This document shows positions 1 through 9,717 of a DNA stretch of 64,000 bases, one piece after another. Position 1 is the first letter of the stretch; the number at the start of each line of letters is the position of its first letter. Source of the DNA: Eledone cirrhosa (Eukaryota); contig OZ024742.1 in the NCBI GenBank assembly GCA_964016885.1, positions 8,122,001 through 8,186,000 on the forward strand, given 5' to 3'. Made by a program: the position numbers and the translations under genes. The notes beneath the pieces are model-generated. The model had not been told where the DNA came from. It ran no database searches and saw nothing but the letters and a program-made list of their open reading frames with translations.

Positions 1-2
1 TG

Positions 3-926
3 TATTACCCGTATAGAAAGCCGAATAATACGCTTAATTACATTAGTAAGCATTCCAACCATCCTGCCAGCATAACCAAGAACCTGGTAAGAAACGTTTC
101 GTTGAGGCTTTCCCGTCTTTCCACCAACGAGCGCATTTTCAACGACCATTCCACTTATTACAATGAAGCTCTTGCTCGAAGTGGATTTGTCGATAAGGTA
201 GCATATACAGAGTACGAAAATAGACCTAGAAGAAATAGATCCCGTCGCATTTGTTGGTTTAACCCACCATATAATATGGAGGTGGCCACACCATTAGCTA
301 AGATCTTTCTTTCCCTTATTACGAAGCATTTTCCCCCTACACATAAATATAGTAACATTTTTAATAGAAATACTATTAAAATTTCTTACTCCACGACTCC
401 TAACCTTGCACATAACATCACAGCTTCAAATTTAGCTAAACTACCTAGCCGTAGGAACACGTGCAACCCTGTAGTTAGTACTAACTGTAATTGTAGGAAT
501 CGGGCTGATTGCCCCCTATCCGGGAAATGCCTCTCTAGTAACATTGTCTACAAATGTAAGGTTGTAACACCCACGTCCCGTAGGGCCTACATAGGGTTAA
601 CCGCCAATAGTTTCAAGCAGCGTCTTTACATGCATACCCATTCTTTTCGTTACCCTCTAGGAAGGCATATGACGTCACTTTCAGCTTATATCTGGAGTCT
701 AAAAGACAATCACACCCAATATAAGTTACACTGGGAGATCCTAGCTAGGGCTAGATCGTATAACGGAAATAAAAGACCATGTGACCTCAGCGCCGCTGAG
801 GCCCTGGAAATACTCTACGCTACTGACCACATCTTAAACAAAAAATCTGAGGTAATTTCGGCTTGTAAACATAAATTGCACAAAACTTTCCTGTATTACA
901 GCCCCACGTTATACCCTAACGGATAG
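3..926 (+). CDS. PLE RT-thumb/linker/GIY-YIG endonuclease, partial (open from the window edge)
   Basis: The frame is open from position 3 (YYPYRKPNNTLNYISKHSNHP...). Motifs: WFNPPY, CNCRNRADCPLSGKC (CxCx5Cx5C), NIVYKC..AYIGLT..FKQRLYMH (GIY-YIG), CDLS..E, LNKKSE, CKH. The second Cys of CxxC is Ser here (TGC in copy 2). Confidence 0.88.
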   Translation, partial: YYPYRKPNNTLNYISKHSNHPASITKNLVRNVSLRLSRLSTNERIFNDHSTYYNEALARSGFVDKVAYTEYENRPRRNRSRRICWFNPPYNMEVATPLAKIFLSLITKHFPPTHKYSNIFNRNTIKISYSTTPNLAHNITASNLAKLPSRRNTCNPVVSTNCNCRNRADCPLSGKCLSSNIVYKCKVVTPTSRRAYIGLTANSFKQRLYMHTHSFRYPLGRHMTSLSAYIWSLKDNHTQYKLHWEILARARSYNGNKRPCDLSAAEALEILYATDHILNKKSEVISACKHKLHKTFLYYSPTLYPNG

Positions 927-1509
927 CACAATCTATACGTAGATATTTTACGTCTTGATGTGGGAGCTAAGTATAAGTTTTGTTTATTCCTTTACTTATT
1001 TGCATAGGTAAGTATATATTACCCGTATGTTTTGTGAAGGTATGTATACCTTCTCGTACGTATATTTGACTGTTATAGCGTATAATTTTTACATATTTTG
1101 GTATTTAGGGTTTGGCTATGTGTATACGGGAGTTTTGCGTCCGCGTGAGTGTGCAGGTTCGTACGTATGGTGGGTGTGTGTATATGTGTACTTCTTGGTT
1201 TAGTTGACTTACGTCTCCGAACATTCGTGTATTTATATGTAGGTATGCGTGTGCGCTTGTTATATACGTATTTATTTACTTATATACGTTTATATAATTA
1301 TTTATTTATTTGTACACAAGCATACACAGACACACATATTTATATGTGCGTGGTTTTGCATACCCATGGTAAGGTTTTGCGTATGCTTGTGTATGTACGT
1401 ATCTGTTTGCGTGTATGTATTTATTTGTTTCTATTACTTCTGTATCGTATTTATTTACTTTGTTCTTAACTCTGTAGCGGAGATTCATTTGGTCTCCTAG
1501 TTAGAATTT

Positions 1510-1778
1510 TAGTCTACGATTTCTGCTATACCATTTACGTGGTTTTGTCTTTGCGTGCTTTTGTTCTCCCCGCTCCACATATGACGTATTATCTTCGTTT
1601 TTTCGTTCATTGCCAGAGCACGTCTCTATGCACCACCTAAGAGAACATTAGTCTACGACCTCTTTTATACCATAAACGTGGTTTTGTCTTTGCTCGTAAT
1701 TGTTTTTCACCGCTCCTATTAATGACGTATTATTCGTTTTTTCCCGTTCTTTGCCAGCGAACGTTACCACGAACCAAA
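1510..1778 (+). repeat. Diverged ~138-bp internal tandem duplication in the family A pseudo-LTR
   Basis: TAGTCTACGA...ATACCAT..ACGTGGTTTTGTCTTTGC...CCGCTCC...ATGACGTATTAT...TTGCCAG occurs twice (~1510 and ~1649). The same pair is present in the other family A copies. Confidence 0.8.
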
Positions 1779-1838
1779 GTATCGTCTTCCGGTCTTCCTC
1801 CGGTTGCAACGTTTTTTGAAATATCCAGTTCTGCGTTT

Positions 1839-1914
1839 ACAGATTGACTTTGTTAGTTTCAGAAGATCCCGTTAAGGGTGAAAGCAGCGATTCTTTGCTT
1901 AAACTTTAATCTGT
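1839..1914 (+). ncRNA. Type I hammerhead-like ribozyme with variant core (family A)
   Basis: Stem I AGTTT/AAACT plus CAGATTGA/TTAATCTG; core CAGAAGA (1860-1866); stem II t-CCC-gttaa-GGG-t; GAAA (1880-1883); stem III GCA..TGC; predicted CUU cleavage after 1900. Confidence 0.7.
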
Positions 1915-1921
1915 TATTTTA

Positions 1922-1965
<44 letters not shown>

Positions 1966-2005
1966 GATATTAAACAAATGGAAACTATATTTATAAAACC
2001 GTATT

Positions 2006-2071
2006 TATTTCATTATACATATTTCAGGGATACCATATTAAAAATATGGCATGCCTTCTTCAGATAGAATA
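2006..2071 (-). ncRNA. Minimal type I hammerhead ribozyme (family B, sense to ORF)
   Basis: Minus strand reads TATTCTAT-CTGAAGA-AGGCATGCCATATT ttt AATATGGTATCCCT-GAAA-TATGTA-TA-ATGAAATA. Confidence 0.8.
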
Positions 2072-3416
2072 CAATATATAAGCAGTTTTATAAATAAATT
2101 TGACGTACCATAAATATTGATCAACTTCCATTTAAAAAGTTGGTTTGGTAGTGAAATGTTTATAAATATTTAGTTTTAAGCACAGTTAGAAAGAAAGACG
2201 GAGAAAAGGAAGAAATGTATGTAAAGAAAAACAGAGAGAGATAGAGAGAGATATGGGAGAGAGAAATAGTGAGGAGGTGAAAAATGAGAGGCAGCTGAGG
2301 CAACAGATGAATAATAATAATTCATCATACAAATTGAGAGATTTAGGAGGGAGGGAGTACTGTAATTATTTATTTATTTATTTATTTAGTTTTAGTGTTA
2401 AGGAGACGGAGAGAAATAAAAAATAAATAAAGAGAAAACAGCGATACTTAAATTTCATCATGTATAGAGGGAGGAGAAGAAAGAGCTATATCCAGAGAGA
2501 AGAATGACAGATTTACAACTTTACGTTATGTCCTATCAATTTGAATTATCAATTCATATGAATTGGGTATTATAATGTAAATATCAATATTCATGAATGA
2601 GACATAGATATATAATGTGTGAAAAATAATGACCATATGTTTAGTTTAAAAATTCTTAGGTCGATATACCAAAACTGAGATAAAACTTCAAAAAATACGG
2701 AAATACATAAGTATATATGTACTTTCCGGAAAAAGAAAGAAAGAGAAAAAGAGAAGGTCATCTCAAGTTCTAGTTGACACTAGAGACATACACGTGAACT
2801 TACGTGATCAGCTCTGTAATTTCTTATTTCACATGAAAAAATTTTCCCTTGCGTTATAAAAGATTTTACTATATATATATATATACATACATACATATAC
2901 ATAAAAAATATATATTAATATTAATATTCCTGCCCCCACATACATGATTATCGTTCATGTATAGAATAGACAACAGATATTAATATATCAAAACGCTAAT
3001 AATACTTTCATCACTCCCTAGAGTATCTAGGGCCGTAAAAATCACAGTATGCCCCCCATATCAACCACAGAAATCTACCCTTCCAATTTATCTGACAATA
3101 TATTGCCAAGTTCATTAGAAGCAATCAGAATCAAAATGCAAACAAAAAAACCAAAATTATTCAACAAAACTTATTTAGCAGAAATCATTTAAAAGATTTA
3201 GGAGACCCTGTTGTTCTACAGATGCTCTTATATTTAGTATAGAAGTTTATCTAGCGTAAAAATGTATTCAATAGATTGGGAGCATCAACATTTTAGGGTA
3301 GTTTAATTACATCATTAGTATATATTTATGAAGAAGGTTTAAAAAAGAAAAAGTTGAAGGAATCGAAAGATTTATCGTCAGGTTTCATAATTAATTAAAT
3401 ATCTTAACTAAATATA

Positions 3417-5537
3417 CTACATTTTAAATTTATATTTATATTTAAACGTTGAGTTCAATCTATGTCTGCAGCAACTGAATAAATTGCTCCTTAAATTAAG
3501 GGAATTTTTAGATTTTAATATAAAGAATATCTCCTCCACGCAGAGGTCACATGTCTCAGATGAGGAATTAAAAGGAATCCCTCTTGAGACTATATTCCAA
3601 AACAACGAATATCCAACGTTATCATGTTTAAGTTGCCAGAGTAAGCCTGATAGTGAAGTTGAAGATTTTTTGCTTGGATCTGTGAAAGAATTCTTATGAT
3701 TATTATAGCGAAGTTTAAATTCTGTCGAGGTGGAACCAACATAGTTAAAAGAATTTAAGTCAGTTTTAACATTACAATTGTATATTATATTTTTAACTAA
3801 GCAATTGTTATTTAACGGACATTTAGATTTATTTCTACAGTTACAGTTGTTTAATTGAATATTGTTTTGGCTATTATCGGTATTTTGGCTAGGTTTTAGA
3901 TTCCTATTATTTATTCTGTTAATATTTTGTGCTAAATTTTTGGTGGACGAGTAAGTTAATTTTATAGTATGTCTATTAAAAATTGAGTGATATTTATGTG
4001 TTCTAGGGAAGCGTTTGTCAAGAGCATTAAAAAATAGTTTAGCAATGTGGGTTTTAATATTTAGTGAGAAAGGGGGGGGGGCAAACCATATTATATTTCT
4101 AGTTCTATTTCTTTTCTGGCTTTTGTAATGCTTTCTATTATAGTTGTTAAAGTTGTTACCGTAATTAAAATTGTTGTTATTTTGGTTAGTTTGCCTATTA
4201 TTATCGATGTACATAATTTTATCACTATATCCTGCTCTAGCTAACGCTTCATTGTAATACTGCACTTTTTCGTCGAAAATATTTTTATTACATGAAATTC
4301 TTGAGATACGTTCTTGAACAGTGTTCACTATTGTATTTTTAACAGATCTGGGGTGATTAGAGTTAAAACTGACATAATTCAAGTTTTCATTTAGTTTGGG
4401 AAATGGATAGTGAAGACATGTGTTGAGATTTAGTGTTACATCTAGGAAATTGACTATTCTATGGTTATTCTCTATTTCTAATTTTAGATTAAGGTAATTA
4501 AAAAATTGTATAATTTGTTTTCTTTTTCTATTTAGTTCAGAGTTATTATTTTCAATAAGTAAAAGCATGTCATCCCGATATAATCCTCCGGTTACACCAG
4601 GTATTTTTCTATGCAGCGAATTAATTATAAATAGGCCCACAAGGTCCGTTACCTGAGCTGAGTCAGATGATCCCATAGTAATGTCAGAATTATTATCTCT
4701 ATCTGCCCTAGTCCATAGATGGTTATTAAATTCTATCAATGTTTTCCTTGCTGATAATATAATGTGCATTTCATTGCTAGTTAGGTCTGTATGTTTGAAT
4801 GCGTAATTTAGTGCCTTATTTAGTAGATTACGGGTAATAGATGAATAGTAGTTAGCAATATCTAGTTGAATAAATTTATTATTATTGTTATATTTAATTT
4901 CTTTAAACCACGCAATAACCTCACTAGTTCCCTTCCACAAGTATAAGTTAGGTAAACCATGTAAGTTTTTAATTTGCTGTATCACCCTGTCTAGAATGTT
5001 TTTGCTAAGTTTACCCAGGTTAGATTTTGATGGTGCAATCAATCTGACTGGCAAATCATTTTCAAAATTTCTTTTGTGATCTTTCATATTGATCTTGGGT
5101 TTCCTAGGCAAGAAGGGTTGTGTTTTGTTCTCAATTTCCAACTCATGCATTATACAAGATGCCTCAACATTCATTTTCTCCAGTTCGTCCTTATCTGCTA
5201 CTTTGTACTTTTTCCTTAGTTCTTTCAGTATAAGGCCATTATACATGTCTTTTTGTACTCCATAAAGGTTGTTGGTTTTGTCCGATTTCACCAAGATCTT
5301 CTCTGTTCTCTCCAAGTTTTCAATATTATCCTTAATGCTTCTTAGATATTCCTGGCCTTTGAAGTTTCTCTTGAATTTGACTCCTTGTATGATAGAAATT
5401 ATATCGTTTTCAAAATCCATTAAAAGTTTGTTGGGGGGTGGATTTTTTTTAGATTTGAAAACTTTATCTAAGTCTGAGACATTTTCATTTAGATTAGATT
5501 TATCAAAGTGGAAGGCACGCCACCTGATTCTTCTTAT
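3417..5537 (-). CDS. PLE reverse transcriptase-GIY-YIG endonuclease polyprotein (Hydra-clade-like), 5'-truncated but otherwise uninterrupted
   Basis: 667 aa from ATG 5420, and the frame stays open 39 codons upstream (IRRIRWRAFHF...). RT motifs: KSDKT, KDHK, RLIAP, FIQLDIANYYSSI, TMGSSDS, GLYRDD, VNFLDVTL, SNHP. Linker CNCRNKSKCPLNNNC. EN motifs: NIIYNC..YVGST..FKLRYNNH, CDLC..E, LN, CCRH. Confidence 0.93.
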   Translation of the reverse strand: MRRIRWRAFHFDKSNLNENVSDLDKVFKSKKNPPPNKLLMDFENDIISIIQGVKFKRNFKGQEYLRSIKDNIENLERTEKILVKSDKTNNLYGVQKDMYNGLILKELRKKYKVADKDELEKMNVEASCIMHELEIENKTQPFLPRKPKINMKDHKRNFENDLPVRLIAPSKSNLGKLSKNILDRVIQQIKNLHGLPNLYLWKGTSEVIAWFKEIKYNNNNKFIQLDIANYYSSITRNLLNKALNYAFKHTDLTSNEMHIILSARKTLIEFNNHLWTRADRDNNSDITMGSSDSAQVTDLVGLFIINSLHRKIPGVTGGLYRDDMLLLIENNNSELNRKRKQIIQFFNYLNLKLEIENNHRIVNFLDVTLNLNTCLHYPFPKLNENLNYVSFNSNHPRSVKNTIVNTVQERISRISCNKNIFDEKVQYYNEALARAGYSDKIMYIDNNRQTNQNNNNFNYGNNFNNYNRKHYKSQKRNRTRNIIWFAPPPFSLNIKTHIAKLFFNALDKRFPRTHKYHSIFNRHTIKLTYSSTKNLAQNINRINNRNLKPSQNTDNSQNNIQLNNCNCRNKSKCPLNNNCLVKNIIYNCNVKTDLNSFNYVGSTSTEFKLRYNNHKNSFTDPSKKSSTSLSGLLWQLKHDNVGYSLFWNIVSRGIPFNSSSETCDLCVEEIFFILKSKNSLNLRSNLFSCCRHRLNSTFKYKYKFKM

Positions 5538-5708
5538 TTATAAAACTGCTTATATATTGTATTCTATCTGAAGAAGACATGCCATATTTTTAATATGGTA
5601 TCCCTGAAATATGTATAATGAAATAAATATGGTTTTATAAATATAGTTTCCATTTGTTTAATATCGTATATCTACTCCAAAACTTGTTGAGTGCTTTATA
5701 TCAGTTAT
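5538..5708 (+). mobile_element. Inverted family B pseudo-LTR end fused to the 5'-truncated ORF, containing a hammerhead (5560-5625)
   Basis: Reverse complement of 1964-2095 plus a ~40-nt extension; core CTGAAGA 5568-5574, GAAA 5606-5609. Confidence 0.85.
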
Positions 5709-5759
5709 ATTAATAAATAAATAAATAAATAAATAAATGTATCAACTGATACTCAACTA

Positions 5760-6236
5760 CCTAGTTTCTCTATCTATCTCTATCTATCTCTTTCTTTTTT
5801 TCCTCTCTCTATATATCTCTCTCTGTTCCTTTACATGAAGTTCTTCTCTTTATTTATCTTTATATATCTCTCTATTTAATCACATGCATTTCTTCTTTTT
5901 CTTCGTTTTTCTTTCTTTCTCTCTTTCTTTTTACAACTGTCCACAATATTTTTTACTGCCAAATCAACTTCCCAAAATGCAAGTCAATTGAAAGGTATGT
6001 CATATCTATTTATTTATTTATAAGACTGTTTATATTGTATTTTATCTGATGAAGGCATAACATATTGTTAATATGGTATCCCTGAAATATATATAATGAA
6101 ATAAATATGGTTTTATAAATATAGTTTCCATTTATTTAATATCATAAATATACTCCAAATACTTGTTGAGTGCTTTTATATCAGTTATAAATATTTACTC
6201 GTTGTTAACCCAACAATTTAAATATAACTTTCCATG

Positions 6237-6237
<1 letters not shown>
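5760..6237 (+). mobile_element. Family B-related pseudo-LTR fragment with canonical hammerhead (6038-6103) and long 3' tail
   Basis: Homologous to ~9370-9679. Reads TATTTTAT-CTGATGA-AGGC...CCCT-GAAA-TATATA-TA-ATGAAATA, and ends at (TA)n. Confidence 0.8.
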
Positions 6238-6269
<32 letters not shown>

Positions 6270-6324
6270 ATATATATATACAATGATATTAAATAAATGG
6301 AAACTATATTTATAAAAGCATATT

Positions 6325-6385
6325 TATTCTATTATATATATTTCAAGGGTACCAAAACTTTGGTGCGCTTTCATCAGATAAAATA
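6325..6385 (-). ncRNA. Hammerhead ribozyme of a divergent family B relative (fragment ~6282-6410)
   Basis: Minus strand reads TATTTTAT-CTGATGA-AAGCGCACCAA ag tt TTGGTACCCTT-GAAA-TATATA-TA-ATAGAATA. Stem II has a different sequence but the same fold. Confidence 0.75.
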
Positions 6386-6465
6386 CAAAGTGTCTTTTAT
6401 AAATGTTGACATAGCCAAGTTGATTCAGGTTTATTAAACCCTATCAGTTGAATTTTCCTTGGATA

Positions 6466-6542
<77 letters not shown>

Positions 6543-6669
6543 AAAGTTTTATTTAAAATTGTTGGGTTACAACGAGTAAATATTTTATAACTGATATAAA
6601 AGCACTCAACAGTTTTGGAGTAGGTTTACGATATTAAACAAATGGAAACTATATTTATAAAACCATATT

Positions 6670-6735
6670 TATTTCGTTATATATATTTCTGGGATATCAT
6701 ATTAAAAATATGGTATGCCTTCCTCAGACAAAATA
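6670..6735 (-). ncRNA. Hammerhead ribozyme (family B copy 2, left arm)
   Basis: Minus strand reads TATTTTGT-CTGAGGA-stem II-GAAA-TATATA-TA-ACGAAATA. Confidence 0.75.
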
Positions 6736-8056
6736 CAATATATAAGCTGTTTTATAAATAATTTTGACATACATGAATAATACAACTTCCATTTAAAAAG
6801 TTGATTTGGTAGTGAAACTGTTGAGGACAGTTATAGAGAAAGGAAGACGAAGAAAAACGAAGATAAAAAGAAGAAGATGAAGAGATGTATGTAAAGAAAA
6901 CAACAGAGCGAGATAGAGAGAGAAGGAGATATGGGAGAGAGAAATATATTAAGGAAGTGAAAAAATAGTAGGCAGCTTGGGGACAGATGATCATCGTACA
7001 AGTGAGAGGTTAAGGAGGGAAGGGATACAGTTAAAATAGCCGACACATAAATCACGTCCAGTGTAGAGGAGAAAAAGAAAGAAAGATGATATATTTAAAA
7101 TATATTATGTCTCATCCATTTGAATTATCAATTTTTATGAATTAGGTATTATAATGTAAATATCAATATTCATGAATGAGACACATATCCATAATGTGTG
7201 AAAAAAATGACCCCATGCTTAGTTTAAAAATTCTTAGGTCTATAAGCAAAATCTGAGACAAAACTTCAAACATAAGTATATATGCATTCTCATGAAAAAA
7301 GAAAAAAGAGAAAAGAGAAGGTTATCTCAAATTCAAGTTGATAATTATAGACACACATGTGAACTTACGTGATATGCTCCGCAGATTCTTATTTTTCATG
7401 AAAATCTTCATTGCGTTACAAAAGATTCCACCATACATATATGTACATACATATATATATATAGACATAAAATATACATTAACATTTATAGTAATATTCC
7501 TGCCCTCACTTACATGATTATCGATCAAGCATAGAATAGACAACAGATATCAATATTAAAAATTAGACAACAGATATCAATATTAAAAATTAAAAACGCC
7601 AAAAATATCTTCGTCACTCCACAGAGTATCTAGGGACGTAAGAGAACATAGTATGCCACGCATATCAGTCACATAAAACCACCCTTCCAATTTATTTGAC
7701 AATATGTTGTCAAGTTCATTAGAAGCAATCAGAATCAAAAGCAAACAAAAACCAAAATTGTTCAACAAACCTTATCCAGCAGAAATCATTCAAAACTTAT
7801 TCTACCGAAAATACCGAAAATAGCAGAAATCATTCAAAACTTATTCTACAAATGCTCTTATATTTATTATAGAAGTTTATCTAGCTTAACAATTTATTCA
7901 AAAGATTGGGAACATCGACAATTTTAGGGTAGTTTAATTAATCTCATTAATTATATATTCATGCAGAAAGGTTTTAAAAAATTGAAGGAATCGAAAGATT
8001 TATCGCCAAGTTTCATAAATAGTTAAATATCTTAAGTAAATATACTACATTTTATA

Positions 8057-8527
8057 CTACATTTTAAATTTATATTTATATTTAAAAGTTGAGTTCAATC
8101 TATGTCTGCAGCAGCTGAATAAATTGGTTCGTAAATTAAGGGAATTTTTAGATTTTAGTATAAAGAATATCTCCTCCGCGCAGAGGTCACATGTCTCAGA
8201 AGAGGAATTAAAAGGAATGCCTTTTGAGACTATATTCCAAACCATCGAATATCCAACTTTATCATGTTTAAGTTGCCAGAGTAAGCCTGATAGTGATGTT
8301 GAAGATTTTTTATTTGGATCCGTGAAAGAATTTTTGTGATTATTATAGCGAAGTTTAAATTCTGTCGAGGTGGAACAAACATAATTAAAAGAATTTAAGT
8401 CAGTTTTAACATTACAGTTGTATATTATATTTTTAACTAAGCAATTGTTATTTAGCGGACATTTAGATCTATCTCTACAGTTACAGTTGTTTACTTGAAT
8501 ATTGTTTAGGCTATTTTCGGTATTTTC
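8057..8527 (-). pseudogene. Truncated family B linker + GIY-YIG endonuclease remnant
   Basis: Near-identical to 3417-3886. It encodes ...CDLCAEEIFFIL..SCCRHRLNSTFKYKYKFKM, with YVGST changed to YVCST. Confidence 0.88.
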
Positions 8528-9570
8528 GGTAGAATATGTTTTGAATGATTTCTGCTGGATAAGGTTTGTTGAACAATTTTGGTTTTTGTTTGCTTTTGAT
8601 TCTGATTGCTTCTAATGAACTTGACAACATATTGTCAAATAAATTGGAAGGGTGGTTTTATGTGACTGATATGCGTGGCATACTATGTTCTCTTACGTCC
8701 CTAGATACTCTGTGGAGTGACGAAGATATTCTTGGCGTTTTTAATTTTTAATATTGATATCTGTTGTCTATTCTATGCTTGATCGATAATCATGTAAGTG
8801 AGGGCAGGAATATTACTATAAATGTTAATGTATATTTTATGTCTATATATATATATGTATGTACATATATGTATGGTGGAATCTTTTGTAACGCAATGAA
8901 GATTTTCATGAAAAATAAGAATCTGCGGAGCATATCACGTAAGTTCACATGTGTGTCTATAATTATCAACTTGAATTTGAGATAACCTTCTCTTTTCTCT
9001 TTTTTCTTTTTTCATGAGAATGCATATATACTTATGTTTGAAGTTTTGTCTCAGATTTTGCTTATAGACCTAAGAATTTTTAAACTAAGCATGGGGTCAT
9101 TTTTTTCACACATTATGGATATGTGTCTCATTCATGAATATTGATATTTACATTATAATACCTAATTCATAAAAATTGATAATTCAAATGGATGAGACAT
9201 AATATATTTTAAATATATCATCTTTCTTTCTTTTTCTCCTCTACACTGGACGTGATTTATGTGTCGGCTATTTTAACTGTATCCCTTCCCTCCTTAACCT
9301 CTCACTTGTACGATGATCATCTGTCCCCAAGCTGCCTACTATTTTTTCACTTCCTTAATATATTTCTCTCTCCCATATCTCCTTCTCTCTCTATCTCGCT
9401 CTGTTGTTTTCTTTACATACATCTCTTCATCTTCTTCTTTTATCTTCGTTTTTCTTCGTCTTCCTTTCTCTATAACTGTCCTCAACAGTTTCACTACCAA
9501 ATCAACTTTTTAAATGGAAGTTGTATTATTCATGTATGTCAAAATTATTTATAAAACAGCTTATATATTG

Positions 9571-9636
9571 TATTTTGTCTGAGGAAGGCATACCATATTT
9601 TTAATATGATATCCCAGAAATATATATAACGAAATA
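9571..9636 (+). ncRNA. Hammerhead ribozyme (family B copy 2, right arm)
   Basis: TATTTTGT-CTGAGGA-AGGCATACCATATTtttAATATGATATCCCA-GAAA-TATATA-TA-ACGAAATA. Confidence 0.75.
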
Positions 9637-9673
9637 AATATGGTTTTATAAATATAGTTTCCATTTGTTTAAT

Positions 9674-9715
<42 letters not shown>

Positions 9716-9717
9716 TA

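Larger units (their letters stand above)
1..1927 (+). mobile_element. Penelope-like element family A, copy 1 (3' part: end of RT, GIY-YIG EN, ~1 kb 3' pseudo-LTR with hammerhead, ending at (TA)n)
   Basis: The PLE-type ORF runs to 926. The downstream 927-1927 is homologous to 11088-12200 (+) and 9711-10385 (-), and ends at AATAAA followed by (TA)n. Confidence 0.9.
1964..5537 (-). mobile_element. Penelope-like element family B, near full-length copy (ORF plus ~1.45 kb 3' pseudo-LTR)
   Basis: RT + GIY-YIG ORF at 3417-5537. The 3' region 1964-3416 is homologous to 6627-8050 and 8510-9679. The 3' end abuts (TA)n at 1925-1963. Confidence 0.93.
6541..9679 (-). mobile_element. Family B copy 2: 3' ORF remnant with pseudo-LTR on the left and an inverted pseudo-LTR on the right
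   Basis: 6627-7824 and 8510-9679 are near-perfect inverted arms (identical ORF-track peptides 7322-7543- and 8764-8985+). Both outer ends lie at (TA)n. Confidence 0.9.

Noticed and set aside
1149-1500. Hydrophobic ORFs in the family A 3' region
   Set aside because: They come from TG/TA-rich low-complexity UTR sequence, and the frames are not conserved in copy 2.
3417-5537. Naiad-type selenoprotein PLE (UGA-Sec plus SECIS)
   Set aside because: The endonuclease is C-terminal, no in-frame TGA occupies a conserved Cys position in families A, B or D, and the ATGACG motifs in the family A pseudo-LTR lack SECIS geometry.
7583-7768. Small second ORF in the family B pseudo-LTR (MLNNFGFCLLL...)
   Set aside because: It appears twice only because of the inverted repeat. 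The homologous segment in copy B1 (~2990-3170) has indels and in-frame stops.
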